DNA of 55,054 nucleotides. It comes from a virus (taxonomy: Duplodnaviria; Caudoviricetes). The notes beneath the pieces were generated by a model. It saw only the letters and a list, made by a program, of their open reading frames with translations, made no database searches and was not told the origin of the DNA. The stretch lies in IMG/VR virus record IMGVR_UViG_3300025018_000181, positions 1 through 55,054 of that record; one strand, written 5' to 3'. Of the stretch, positions 27,848 through 37,533 are shown in pieces; within the stretch, counting starts at the first letter, position 1; the number at the start of each line of letters is the position of its first letter. The position numbers and the translations under genes were made by a program.

Positions 27848-28135
27848 TCAGAGCAGTGCGGTCTTCATAATGGTCTTTGCGACCGTTGTGAGGACTTTTG
27901 TCACTTCTTGCCAAAAGGCGTGCTGCACGGCCTCAGCATACCGCGCCGAGACATTCAATAATGTCGCTTGAATGTGTCGCATCTCGCGCTCGAAATACTC
28001 TGGACCTTTTGAGATCGACTTGCCCACAATCTTAGCACTGTCCTTAAGTACTGCCTCGATCAAGTCTTTATCTTCTTGAGTCACCTGATCATAGATCGGG
28101 CCGAGTCGCGCCTTAATGCCGTCAATCGTTAGCAT
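27848..28135 (-). CDS. hypothetical helical protein (possible lysis accessory)
   Basis: MLTIDG start overlapping end of upstream gene; GAGG RBS. Confidence 0.6.
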   Translation of the reverse strand: MLTIDGIKARLGPIYDQVTQEDKDLIEAVLKDSAKIVGKSISKGPEYFEREMRHIQATLLNVSARYAEAVQHAFWQEVTKVLTTVAKTIMKTALL

Positions 28136-28733
28136 CTTTTGCCTCTTCCGGGATTGGTTCTCCGAGCCTTTGAGCCCAGCTGCGGATGTTTCTGTGGCGC
28201 CGCAAAAGCTCTTCGCCGTCCAATTCAGGGTCTTTGCTAGTATAAGCGGCATACTCGAGCCCGATCGACTGAAAGACTTTAATCTCTGCTTCGCGCTGCA
28301 CAGCAGCCTCTAGGCAACAGCCACTAAGCAAGACCGCAAAGAAGATAATAACCTTGGGTCCAGCCGACTTGGCAACCGCTCGAACAGGAGCATAGCCCAT
28401 TGCCGCAAGACCCGCAGCAGCAGCACCGATAGCCTTGTCCGCATCTGTACCGTCCACGGCGCCCGACGCAACAACAAAGCCTAGAATCGTTTGTGTGCTC
28501 GTGAGCCAAAACTCGGTGGTCTTCCAGCCAGGACCATCACCATCTTGATTCTTCTTGGCTGCGCCACGCGCAACACTATAACCTAGTGTCGCCAGAACGG
28601 CTGTAATCATGCCAACCGTCTTATCAAAGCCTGTGCCAGGGTGGACTACCCCGGATACAAACAGCAGTGATATTAAAGTGGCCAATGCGGTAAGCCAAAA
28701 CTCGGTTGTCTTCCAACCCTGCTTTACTTCCAT
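28122..28733 (-). CDS. holin-like membrane protein, duplicated GWKTTEFWLT unit, with internal lipobox-like LSGC
   Basis: Two repeated two-TM units, then VIIFFAVLLSGCC; AAGGAG RBS before ATG 28733. Confidence 0.65.
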   Translation of the reverse strand: MEVKQGWKTTEFWLTALATLISLLFVSGVVHPGTGFDKTVGMITAVLATLGYSVARGAAKKNQDGDGPGWKTTEFWLTSTQTILGFVVASGAVDGTDADKAIGAAAAGLAAMGYAPVRAVAKSAGPKVIIFFAVLLSGCCLEAAVQREAEIKVFQSIGLEYAAYTSKDPELDGEELLRRHRNIRSWAQRLGEPIPEEAKDAND

Positions 28734-28768
28734 ATTATTCTCCTTGACTTTTGCGTAAGATCCCGTGT

Positions 28769-29242
28769 TCATTCTTTTGCCTCGGCAGCTTCTCTTCTCA
28801 TTTCTTCGAGAATCTCGGCGCGCAGCTTCTCGCGCATCTCAGCCATAGGGTCGCGACCTTGCTGAATTGCTTCGCGAACTTCTTTAATCTGTTCTTCGTT
28901 CTGCTGCACCTTTTTGGCCTGCACGATAGCCAAAGACAGCTCTTCAGATAGTGTACCAGAGAGTTCCTTTAGAATACGCCGATGCTCTTCAATCTGCTCG
29001 ATCCAGACTTCAACTAATGTGTGCTGCCCAATCAGGCGTTCATACTGTATGCGCCAAATTGTGAAGCGTTCAAGTGCAAGCTCATAGTCACGCTTTGCAG
29101 CTTCACCAAAACTGGCAATGCCTCGACACCAAGCCGCACCCATCTCAAAGTTTGCCTGCGATGCACTCTGGCGTTCAACGCTCGACATGCGAAGTTCCGG
29201 GACACGCTCCCGTAGTTTCGCCTCAAAATTACTAAATTCCAT
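28769..29242 (-). CDS. hypothetical coiled-coil protein
   Basis: AGGAG RBS before MEFSNF; helical composition. Confidence 0.6.
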   Translation of the reverse strand: MEFSNFEAKLRERVPELRMSSVERQSASQANFEMGAAWCRGIASFGEAAKRDYELALERFTIWRIQYERLIGQHTLVEVWIEQIEEHRRILKELSGTLSEELSLAIVQAKKVQQNEEQIKEVREAIQQGRDPMAEMREKLRAEILEEMRREAAEAKE

Positions 29243-30908
29243 AGCCACTTCTCCTAAAGATTCCGCCCGTCGCCGGACCAAAGCACTTTTGTTCAATAAG
29301 GGCTCGGGCTAACTTGCACCGAACTCGCCACTTAATTCTGCGCAGAAAGTCTTGTCCTCCCGGTAAGCCATGCATGATGCGCCTACACTGTGCATAGCCT
29401 GCATCCCATCGATATGCTTGAGTTGGGTCACGGGTATACGGTGAAAAGATGAGGCGGTGCGTCACCGACTCGCGCCATAATAGTGTGGCCTTGGCCAACA
29501 TCTCTTCAGTCTCAAGCCATAAGAGATTCTTATCGCGCGCTGCCTGTATAATCTTCGCAAGAAGTGGTGTATCTTGCGGACTATAGCCAATGTTACTTTC
29601 ACATAGCCAATGCCCTTCGTCGAAGATTAAAGCAGGTGCTAGGGATTCCACTTCTTTCTTAGTCAGCCAGAACATGTGATTGTAAAGTCTGGTACTATTT
29701 ACAATCATTGAGCTAGTGTTGCATTGTTTGTTGAATCCCGCCCAAACTGCGGCATTTGCGAGCCACTCGGCACTGATTGCACTAGGTATTTCGACTTCCT
29801 CTTTCTCTCCTAAATAGTCTATACCGGGGACGCGCACGGCGCAGAAAAGCCAGATAGCATAAGGCAAGGTCTCTCGCATAGCCGCTACTGATCCCGGATT
29901 ACTTACCGGGCCAGACGTGAGAATAAGCGACTCGCGATTCTGCAGTGTAAACTGAGATGCGCCGGTCAGATTAAAGTAACTGTCGGGGTAGATCACGCTC
30001 TCAGCTTCTTGAATGTTACTAATTGAACCTATGCTAAAGTCAGAAGAAAACTTCTCAGCATTTTTGGTTTTCTCTTGTAGTTTGGGCGCTAAGAGGTGCT
30101 TCTTGTCCTCATGAACAGAGAGTATAACCTCTTCGTTATTCATATGGACTTCAGACGCCCCTGTCTTAAAGTTATAGCGAATCACGGACGGATGAGACTG
30201 GCACTTACCACTCTTGAAGAGAGTGAAGTAAAGTGTCCAAGGTGTGGTCAGCGCAACAAAAGCTGACGCCGAGAATGCAAAGCCATCTACACGGTACACA
30301 CGGTGCCGAAGCCAGTCACGGAAGCGCTTAAGTTGTGGACGGTGTAAGTAAGATATTGGCGAAAAGATCCCAATTTCATAGCTTTTTAGGCCCAGCTCTT
30401 CAGCGAGGCTGACACACTTGAAGATAAACTGTATGTAAGCCTGGTGGCGCCCTGGAAGGCTACCCATTTCTTTCTTGACTTTAGTGTCGGTTACATTTTC
30501 CGTAAGTGTTGTTTCCCAGCGATTAGAAATACTACCGGGGCGAACGTATGGAGGGTTCAAAAGAAACAGCACATTGGCGGCACCTTTTAGATATTCCTTA
30601 ACAGGCTGCGGCACGGTGTCATTCAGAAAGTCGAGTTGGAACTTTACCGCATTCGGAGATTCAATCTTGTCAAGGTCTTGAGACAATAGCGTTGATAACA
30701 CTATCCCAGCAGCTACACCGTCAAGTCCAGCGGTTAGTCGGCCAACACCACAGCAGGGATCATAGACTATTGTATTTTCCCAGTAGTCTTCAGGCATCGC
30801 GGCTGTGATCAAGTCTTGGGCTTTGCGTGCCCATGCAGGCGGAGTCCAGAACTCTCCTTCAGCCCTGACTCGTGAGTCTTGAGTGTCTTTGAAAATAGGG
30901 CTATTCAT
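29232..30908 (-). CDS. N6-adenine DNA methyltransferase with C-terminal target-recognition region (orphan)
   Basis: GEFWTP (motif X), YDPCCGVG (motif I), LNPPY (motif IV). Confidence 0.88.
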   Translation of the reverse strand: MNSPIFKDTQDSRVRAEGEFWTPPAWARKAQDLITAAMPEDYWENTIVYDPCCGVGRLTAGLDGVAAGIVLSTLLSQDLDKIESPNAVKFQLDFLNDTVPQPVKEYLKGAANVLFLLNPPYVRPGSISNRWETTLTENVTDTKVKKEMGSLPGRHQAYIQFIFKCVSLAEELGLKSYEIGIFSPISYLHRPQLKRFRDWLRHRVYRVDGFAFSASAFVALTTPWTLYFTLFKSGKCQSHPSVIRYNFKTGASEVHMNNEEVILSVHEDKKHLLAPKLQEKTKNAEKFSSDFSIGSISNIQEAESVIYPDSYFNLTGASQFTLQNRESLILTSGPVSNPGSVAAMRETLPYAIWLFCAVRVPGIDYLGEKEEVEIPSAISAEWLANAAVWAGFNKQCNTSSMIVNSTRLYNHMFWLTKKEVESLAPALIFDEGHWLCESNIGYSPQDTPLLAKIIQAARDKNLLWLETEEMLAKATLLWRESVTHRLIFSPYTRDPTQAYRWDAGYAQCRRIMHGLPGGQDFLRRIKWRVRCKLARALIEQKCFGPATGGIFRRSGYGI

Positions 30909-31561
30909 TCCCTCTCCTCTAGGTGGTCAATGAATGACCGAGGCGCAGCATAGAGCGCTACTATTTCAAGTATTTCGGCCATGTCAGCCGGTATTCTTGA
31001 CCAATTGAAATTGCGTCCAACCTGACGAGGCTCAAAATAGCTATAAATATCGAATTGCTCATCCTGAACTAGGTTCAGGTACTCTAAGTCAATACCCATT
31101 TCTTCTTCGCGCCCGCGCTGTCGGATGCGTTCCAAGCAGACTGTTGTCGGGGCATTTAGAAAGATTGCTAGGTCAGGAGTTCGCAAGCATTCTTCAGCAG
31201 ACTTAAAATTGAGTTGATACCGGAACCAGTCACGGTCACTCATATTTCCTAGTCGATGATGCACTCTAGCAAAGCAAGCATCGCCATAAATACTGCGATC
31301 AATGATAACATCTGAGCCGCCGCGAGTCAAGTCAGCCACTTTACTATACCCAGTAATCTTGTCGTTGAGTATGGTAAACTGCATGTCTGTAGCCCACTCT
31401 TTAGGGTTATCATAGTAGTGTTCTCTCAAAGCCTTGAGAACACTCATCCCTGCCGTTTCTTCAATCAGGACGGCCTTGGGCAATGAGTCTACAAGGCGCT
31501 GGCAGAACAAAGTCTTGCCAACACCTATATTACCGTCAACTGTTATAAGTCTTCCGACCAT
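30905..31561 (-). CDS. deoxynucleoside kinase
   Basis: DGNIGVGKT P-loop, DRSIYGD, RI..RGR.EE lid. Confidence 0.93.
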   Translation of the reverse strand: MVGRLITVDGNIGVGKTLFCQRLVDSLPKAVLIEETAGMSVLKALREHYYDNPKEWATDMQFTILNDKITGYSKVADLTRGGSDVIIDRSIYGDACFARVHHRLGNMSDRDWFRYQLNFKSAEECLRTPDLAIFLNAPTTVCLERIRQRGREEEMGIDLEYLNLVQDEQFDIYSYFEPRQVGRNFNWSRIPADMAEILEIVALYAAPRSFIDHLEERE

Positions 31562-31563
31562 TC

Positions 31564-31839
31564 TTACTCACCTTCTTCTACAATTGGCTGGTTCTTGCCC
31601 ATAAAAAACACCGGGCCAACTATAGCCCGTTGAAACTTTCGCGACGCAGTTTCGTTCAAAGGCCATTTGCCGAGCTTATGCCGGTCGGCGTCGAGGAAGA
31701 CTATCATTTTGCAGGTTTTGAAGCTCTCAAGGTGCGAGGCGCCGAGGAGCTTTCGGATGAGGTCATAAGTGACCACACCGAAAGCATCGCGCTCACACCC
31801 ATCGGCATTAACCCACCCGTAGTAGCTCGTCGAGTCCAT
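31564..31839 (-). CDS. hypothetical protein (DUF3846-like)
   Basis: LG.WPLN..AS...IVGPV pattern. Confidence 0.5.
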   Translation of the reverse strand: MDSTSYYGWVNADGCERDAFGVVTYDLIRKLLGASHLESFKTCKMIVFLDADRHKLGKWPLNETASRKFQRAIVGPVFFMGKNQPIVEEGE

Positions 31840-32101
31840 CGAAGTTCCACACCAATAAAAGAGAGATAACAGAATTGAGCCGATTTACGTCACCTTTGCA
31901 GTACTGTTCTACTGCACTTGAAGCTAAGACACGAATGGCGCGTTCACCCGCCTCGTCTATCAACTTGCGCTTAGCCTGGATTGCCTGAAATGCTTCCTCC
32001 GGGATAACCGAAATCCAAGTCTTACCTACAAGGTAGTTTATGGCTATCTTCTCAGCAAAAAAATAGTAAAACTCTTGCTTCTTCTCATCGTAAGCGTTCA
32101 T
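31808..32101 (-). CDS. hypothetical protein
   Basis: ORF coupled to primase stop (ATGA overlap). Confidence 0.6.
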   Translation of the reverse strand: MNAYDEKKQEFYYFFAEKIAINYLVGKTWISVIPEEAFQAIQAKRKLIDEAGERAIRVLASSAVEQYCKGDVNRLNSVISLLLVWNFDGLDELLRVG

Positions 32102-34794
32102 CTCACTAGCTCCCGGCCCATAAGTCTATAGGGCGCTCCTGGTGGAAAATCTTCAGACAGACTAATGTTGGCGAAGTAAGTCTTGCGCTCTGGCCCACAA
32201 ATACCTTTAAGCCACTCAGCCGGACAAGATGAGGCAATCTTGTTCTTGGTCCACTGCGTTGCAACCTCGTTGCCATACTCTTTCATAATCCAAATTTCGG
32301 CATTATGATAGAAGTCAGACACATTAGTCAGCGCTCCAGGGATACGGAAAACCTGAGACTTGAGATATACGTCCATTGGAGTCCGCGAGGCTTCCATTGT
32401 AGCTTGCTTCTCAATCGTTTCTAAGACCGGCAGCTGGAGACGGCCAAAACGCTCTGGTAGAGGCGTCGATACTAATGTGTGCGTAAAGGCGCTGTTTTCG
32501 TCTTTGACTTGCTCGTGCAGCTTATAGCCATCCATAGCCGCATCCTGTGAGATCGGTGGTACGTTAATCATAACGATTCGCGTATCCCCGTCAAAGAGCG
32601 GAGTATAGTTAGCATGGTTCGAGAACTGCATCCAGTGCGTGCAGTTTTCCCCTAGAAACGGCGTACCACCTTTGATATGCACTGAGAGAGTTCGGCTAGT
32701 TACCCAGTCTTTAATCTTATCCGCATACTTGCGGTTGTTAAGGTTAACCTCTTCAATGACACACAATAGTGCGCCTTGCAGCTCGCCGTTGAACGTGCCT
32801 TCACTACGAATGGCTTGATCGGCGCGCACGTATCCTCGGCCACCTGCAAAGAGCGTAGCTAAAGACTCGTGAAAAGTCGATTTGCCCGTGCCCTCTTGTT
32901 TTGAGAAGAAAGAGAGATAAGGCAGTGACTCTTTTGGGCGCTGAAAGCAGCAAGCGAGCCAGAGCTTAAGATAGTCACCACCATTTTTGACATCGTTCTC
33001 TTCAAGCCACTTAGCGATTCTGCCACCCGGCTCTTGGATTAGCAAGGCGTCATTGAGTCCTGCACCCATATGCTGAAGTATCTTATCCCAAACAGGGTGT
33101 GGACCCTCTTTGGGCTCGTAGGCCAGCTGAGCAGCCCCTCTATTCCACTTTCGATCGCCTAGATACTCGTCTTGGAATGGCTCGGTCACAATATTCCAAG
33201 GAGAGGCAACGGCAGCGCCTAGCATTTCACGAACTTCTTGAGGATCAAAGCCCCGGTAGCCAATGGCGTCGAGCAAGTCAGCTCTGCCGAGCAGCATCCA
33301 CTCACCATTGGTGGTCCGATAATAGTAACCCTCGAAGCGGCCTCCAAAACGCACTCCTCGAATAAGGTTATCACAGGCCTCAATTTCTTGAGACTCACGC
33401 TGCTCCCTAAACTTAAAGACTTTAATCCAGCGCTTGGGCTTATCAACTGGTTCGCGGCGCCAGCTTGTCATTTGATCGAGTGGATCGCGAGGTTCAAACG
33501 GAACCTCCATGATAATCATGTCTTTCTTATTGGCCAACGTAGCAACGCGCCGACTAATGACCGGATCAAGCTCTAGGTTGAATCCTAGCGCAGCAAGTGC
33601 CTTACCCGCTTGCTCGGCTGTCTCGAATTCATAGTCTTTGCGCTTGCCAAAGATCCCTTTGAACGCTCGTACTACACAGTCGAACGTTGGTGCGGTATCG
33701 AACCGACAAACTGTCCAGCCATTAGTATCTTTATCCCAAGCTGGGTGTTCATCGCATCCCTTAGTATAGCGCCTCACGATCCAGCCTGAGGCTGTTGGCA
33801 TTGCGAAGCAGTTCCAGTCGCCTTCTGTGCGACCTGATGCAATCGTGAAGAAGATGCCTTGGAAGCCGAGTGCCATATGCATCTCTTCCAAAACTTTAGT
33901 ATGTGTTACCAAGCAGTTATGCTCGGCATCCCACCAGCCAAGCTGCTTTTCAACAACAGCGGAGATGAGTTTCCTATGACGATCAGTGAGGCTGATGAAG
34001 TTGGCTTGGCCTTGAAGCTCGACAAAGGCGGTGATATTTTCGTCAGTGATACCATCAACTTTGCGAAGAGCCTCGATTAAAGCACGCTTCTTTGAGACGC
34101 GGCTATTAGCCGCGCTCATGTGGTCGGCCCAGTTTACCGGGATATGAGACAGATACTCGGAGCTGGTCTTCACAATCTCATAAGCACCTTCTTTCGCGTC
34201 CCGGTGCCAGAGCCACATATTTTGGCCGACGCAATCCACACCATCACTAAAGTTAAACCCGGTCAAGCCGCTCATCTGCTGAAGGATAGAGCGCGCCAAA
34301 GCCGCGTGTAGCCCGTGGTTAGTAACAGAAGGACTGTTGTTGATAAACACGAATACGTGAAATCCGGCTCCTGACTTAGACTTGCGAATCATTGTCCAAG
34401 GGATTTCTTTGAGCTTCTCAAGGATCAGGTTCATAGTCTCGGCGCTATGACCTTTAGTGTGATTTACAATCGAGTCGAAGTCGAAGCCTACCCACTCGGA
34501 AATGTTTTGTTTCCAGTTCCACCCAGTAGAGCCAATGCCCTGCGCGTGCTTGTGCAGGTCATAAGTCATGAGCTTATTGTCGTAGTAGTGTGCGTCGCTC
34601 TTTGCATCTTTTGGTATGCGAAAGTTATACCACGTATCGCCCGTTGTTGGGTTGCGATAAAGAAGGCCAGGTGTTTTTGGGTCTTTCTGACCAGGGACGA
34701 CATTAACCTGAGTCTCAAGCTCTGGATTCCAGAGAGGGTTTTTAACAGGCTGCGAGTCTAAGAAGAGGCGAATCGCCTCAAGTCTGGGCATCAT
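32098..34794 (-). CDS. primase-helicase (AEP-type primase plus SF3/DUF5906 helicase)
   Basis: GFDFD and SKSGAGFHV AEP motifs; QEGTGKST Walker A, VIEE Walker B, FSNH, GDTR. Confidence 0.88.
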   Translation of the reverse strand: MMPRLEAIRLFLDSQPVKNPLWNPELETQVNVVPGQKDPKTPGLLYRNPTTGDTWYNFRIPKDAKSDAHYYDNKLMTYDLHKHAQGIGSTGWNWKQNISEWVGFDFDSIVNHTKGHSAETMNLILEKLKEIPWTMIRKSKSGAGFHVFVFINNSPSVTNHGLHAALARSILQQMSGLTGFNFSDGVDCVGQNMWLWHRDAKEGAYEIVKTSSEYLSHIPVNWADHMSAANSRVSKKRALIEALRKVDGITDENITAFVELQGQANFISLTDRHRKLISAVVEKQLGWWDAEHNCLVTHTKVLEEMHMALGFQGIFFTIASGRTEGDWNCFAMPTASGWIVRRYTKGCDEHPAWDKDTNGWTVCRFDTAPTFDCVVRAFKGIFGKRKDYEFETAEQAGKALAALGFNLELDPVISRRVATLANKKDMIIMEVPFEPRDPLDQMTSWRREPVDKPKRWIKVFKFREQRESQEIEACDNLIRGVRFGGRFEGYYYRTTNGEWMLLGRADLLDAIGYRGFDPQEVREMLGAAVASPWNIVTEPFQDEYLGDRKWNRGAAQLAYEPKEGPHPVWDKILQHMGAGLNDALLIQEPGGRIAKWLEENDVKNGGDYLKLWLACCFQRPKESLPYLSFFSKQEGTGKSTFHESLATLFAGGRGYVRADQAIRSEGTFNGELQGALLCVIEEVNLNNRKYADKIKDWVTSRTLSVHIKGGTPFLGENCTHWMQFSNHANYTPLFDGDTRIVMINVPPISQDAAMDGYKLHEQVKDENSAFTHTLVSTPLPERFGRLQLPVLETIEKQATMEASRTPMDVYLKSQVFRIPGALTNVSDFYHNAEIWIMKEYGNEVATQWTKNKIASSCPAEWLKGICGPERKTYFANISLSEDFPPGAPYRLMGRELVR

Positions 34795-35399
34795 TTACAG
34801 GCTCCTGTAGGTTCTGAGAAAGATAAGTACGCCTTATGACCGCCAAGTACTTCTCCGGTTAAATGCTTTGACCAGAACCAGTAGCTTGGTAAGGTAATAA
34901 ACTCGCCGTGCGGCACCTGCCCGCAATAACGGGCAAGGACATAGATATTTGCTAGATTTACTAAAGGATACGTAGGGGTCGAAGGCTTAGAGCCAAGCAT
35001 AGATAGCATGGCCTTGCACACAAACAATTCTAGCATGGGTTCTAGCGGATCCATGGGTCTTTGGGTCTGAGCGCAGTTAAATACTGCTAGGGTTACGAGC
35101 TGCACGGCTTGTGCGAGCTGTGCAGGCTGCGGCCTTTCGCACAGCTTGCCTATGATCAACATAAGCTCGCGGTGCCTGAAACTTGCGGCCTCACCTATTA
35201 GCCTGACAACTTCAGGGTAAGATGCCTCAAGCGTGACAGGGTTATAAGTGTGGCCTACTTGACAGTTACAAGGCGGTAGGCCTAACCCTTTGGCTATCAT
35301 TGGATTGTGAGCTGCATCTTCGCGAAGATCTGAGGAAATGAACTTTTGAGCGACGGCGTCAAAGAATATCTGCCGCTCTTTCTTGGTAAGGTTAATCAC
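34791..35399 (-). CDS. hypothetical protein
   Basis: ORF coupled between HD hydrolase and primase. Confidence 0.6.
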   Translation of the reverse strand: MINLTKKERQIFFDAVAQKFISSDLREDAAHNPMIAKGLGLPPCNCQVGHTYNPVTLEASYPEVVRLIGEAASFRHRELMLIIGKLCERPQPAQLAQAVQLVTLAVFNCAQTQRPMDPLEPMLELFVCKAMLSMLGSKPSTPTYPLVNLANIYVLARYCGQVPHGEFITLPSYWFWSKHLTGEVLGGHKAYLSFSEPTGACK

Positions 35400-35400
35400 T

Positions 35401-36060
35401 TTAGTCTCCGTTCCTTACTACCGCAATCTCATTGCGGCGTGTAAGCATATCATGCCGACTTGTATACTCCTCTACGTCTGAGAGTTTACTAGGCGGCAGC
35501 GCTGCGATTTTCTTAGCAAACTCAGGGTGTGGCACCTCTCCAACAATAGTATCAATGTTCGGAAACTCGCGCTGCGCTTCTAGGTAAGCCACGATGCGGT
35601 CAGCAAGGTGAACGACTTCTATAACTGCTTCGTAACCATATGCTTGTTGATGGTAATCAAAGCCATAGAGGTCTCTGCATACTGCCTGCTGTATTCGAGC
35701 TTGGACTAAATCAATCTCTTTACAGTCGAGATGCCTTTTGAAAGGTGTAGGTAAGTCAAGCGGCGGAAATGCCTCATGATCATCATGATGGAGTGCAATC
35801 AGTGCGGCTCGCGCGATTCTTTGCGGGGTCCAAGATGGATCATCTTCGGAATAAGTTTGGCCAATCAGCTCTGCGATCTTAGAAACACTAACTGCGTGCT
35901 GACACACATTAGTCCGAGCTAGACCAAGCCCCGACCAACGAATGATTCTGCTTAGGAGCGTGGGATGATCGGGAGAAATCAGTGGATCAATTACGGGGTT
36001 ATTAAAGTATAACCTCTTAATCTCTGCTGCTTTAGTCCGGTAAGCGATGTACCAATCCAT
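35401..36060 (-). CDS. HD-domain 5'-deoxynucleotidase-like (YfbR/YfdR family)
   Basis: VCQH, ALHHDDHEA, DLPTPFK, LADR motifs. Confidence 0.85.
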   Translation of the reverse strand: MDWYIAYRTKAAEIKRLYFNNPVIDPLISPDHPTLLSRIIRWSGLGLARTNVCQHAVSVSKIAELIGQTYSEDDPSWTPQRIARAALIALHHDDHEAFPPLDLPTPFKRHLDCKEIDLVQARIQQAVCRDLYGFDYHQQAYGYEAVIEVVHLADRIVAYLEAQREFPNIDTIVGEVPHPEFAKKIAALPPSKLSDVEEYTSRHDMLTRRNEIAVVRNGD

Positions 36061-36215
36061 TACAACTCCTCTTCGTCCACTTCGATTGGGCGTTCGGCCC
36101 GGAAAAGTTGCTGCCCTGCAAAACAGCCGTCACACAACTTTCGATAAAAAGGCTCCGGTCGAAACACTGTAGTGCGGTCTTTAGTATCGCCGCACTGGTC
36201 ACAGGTTAAAAGCAT
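36060..36215 (-). CDS. small Zn-ribbon protein (51 aa, not in ORF track)
   Basis: MLLTCDQCGDTKDRTTVFRPEPFYRKLCDGCFAG...EEEL; AGGAG RBS; TAATG overlap with HD gene. Confidence 0.7.
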   Translation of the reverse strand: MLLTCDQCGDTKDRTTVFRPEPFYRKLCDGCFAGQQLFRAERPIEVDEEEL

Positions 36216-36591
36216 CAGCCATGCTCCTATGCCGCCAGTCTCGGGCGATCACGCTAAAGTCGGTAGTACTAAAAGCAATCCAATTCATGCATCCGTCTTG
36301 GGCTAGGAGGCACTGCTCATAGTTGTTGGTGGGGACCAGCACGAAAAATCCAAATTGAGTCTTTTTGTGTGCGAGCTTGAGACGCGAAATGTGATAAGAT
36401 AAGTGCCGTGTCGAGCTAGGCGGCCCCGAAGCGACTAAAATCTGCTTGCAGCCGCAAGGGTCGAGCCCTTGAGCTAATTCTTTCGCCACCACCTCCGCAC
36501 TAATGGTCTTAAGTAGGGATCGAAGCGACTTAGAGTATCGGCACATGCGATAAAGACCAGGAGTAGCAAGGCGGCTAAGTGTAGTGTCCAT
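36199..36591 (-). CDS. hypothetical protein
   Basis: AAGGAG RBS before ATG 36591, just downstream of a promoter. Confidence 0.6.
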   Translation of the reverse strand: MDTTLSRLATPGLYRMCRYSKSLRSLLKTISAEVVAKELAQGLDPCGCKQILVASGPPSSTRHLSYHISRLKLAHKKTQFGFFVLVPTNNYEQCLLAQDGCMNWIAFSTTDFSVIARDWRHRSMADAFNL

Positions 36592-36619
36592 AATAGGACT
36601 CCTTTCTTTCATTCCCTCT

Positions 36620-36647
36620 ATTATACCATAATTTCGGGAAAAGTCAA
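36620..36647 (-). promoter_or_regulatory. conserved phage sigma70-type promoter
   Basis: TTGACT-N16-TATAAT within CGCTTGAC..GAAATTATGGTATAATAG. Confidence 0.85.
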
Positions 36648-37285
36648 GCGAAAAACTTTCTTTTCTTTTTGGCGCAAATTTGATTCACCTTTTTGCACAT
36701 TTTGGGTGAAACCAGAGAAGGTATACCATAGAGCGCGGCTCCATAGTCACTATTTCTGAGAATCCTAAAGATTCTCCATCGGGGGAGCTTGGTTGTCTTC
36801 TCCAAAAGACTTACCATAGTAGGCACGGTCTTCCCAGATCCACGACAGCGCATGACAAATTCATAGCAGTAGCGGACCAGCCGCGCTTCCTCGAAGTCAA
36901 TAGTTGTCCCATGGCCAGGCATAGACCGAAACCCGAAGCATATCGCACCTCTTACGCACACTTTAGATTGCGTGATACGCTTGTCCATTCTAAGAGCCTT
37001 GCAGCGCGCCTCGAATGCGTCGAGCGACATAATGATAGGATCGCAGCTCAGCTCAATAGGCCCGAAGTTAGGGTGAACAAAGGTGCCGTCTGGGGTGACA
37101 ATAGTTGGCTGATAACTAAGGCCGTCTAGGTCGGCGATGCGAGCGGTAAGGAAAGAAGTGCGATAGCGGGGCACTTTAGTGACATTCTCGCGCAGCGGGA
37201 AAAGAGCGAGCTGTTTTGCGCGCTCCCAGAAGGCATCATGCGTATCTGGTGTCGGGCTCCAGGCGTAATGTACTTTAGTGCTCAT
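36644..37285 (-). CDS. serine-recombinase 'recombinase domain' (PF07508-like) protein with degenerate catalytic N-terminus
   Basis: G.ICFGF....IDFEEARLVRY.YE...G.T...M...L......IFRILRN.DY.....PSLVS....KVNQ; no intact YxRxS or DRLxR motif. Confidence 0.6.
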   Translation of the reverse strand: MSTKVHYAWSPTPDTHDAFWERAKQLALFPLRENVTKVPRYRTSFLTARIADLDGLSYQPTIVTPDGTFVHPNFGPIELSCDPIIMSLDAFEARCKALRMDKRITQSKVCVRGAICFGFRSMPGHGTTIDFEEARLVRYCYEFVMRCRGSGKTVPTMVSLLEKTTKLPRWRIFRILRNSDYGAALYGIPSLVSPKMCKKVNQICAKKKRKFFA

Positions 37286-37313
37286 AAGATGTTCCTTCCA
37301 GCGCTGGACGCGC

Positions 37314-37364
37314 TTCTTGCTTGTCCCCCTATTATACCATAATTCTCTCCAAAGTCAAGCGACT
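37314..37364. repeat. left arm of 51-bp inverted repeat (partner 37529-37579)
   Basis: 49/51 match to the reverse complement of 37529-37579. Confidence 0.95.
37331..37358 (-). promoter_or_regulatory. leftward conserved promoter
   Basis: TTGACT-N16-TATAAT on the - strand. Confidence 0.85.
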
Positions 37365-37407
37365 ATTGTATTCTCTTATTTTTATCCTCTGAGAGTCAAG
37401 AGTATAC

Positions 37408-37533
37408 TAGAGTCTACTCTATTTCTATATATGAGAGAGAATCTAGAGTTTTAAAAAGTAAGTAGTGCTTTGCCGAGTCGGCTCTGGAGACTCTCCAACT
37501 CAAGGCATACTTAAAAGAAAAAGATTTAAGTCG
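37408..37533. repeat. second copy of the genome-end AT-rich element (1-143)
   Basis: 38-bp identity plus degenerate continuation. Confidence 0.9.

Noticed and set aside
36644-37285. Functional integrase and att site
   Set aside because: Catalytic serine-recombinase motifs are not intact and the protein is only 213 aa; no host junction in the window
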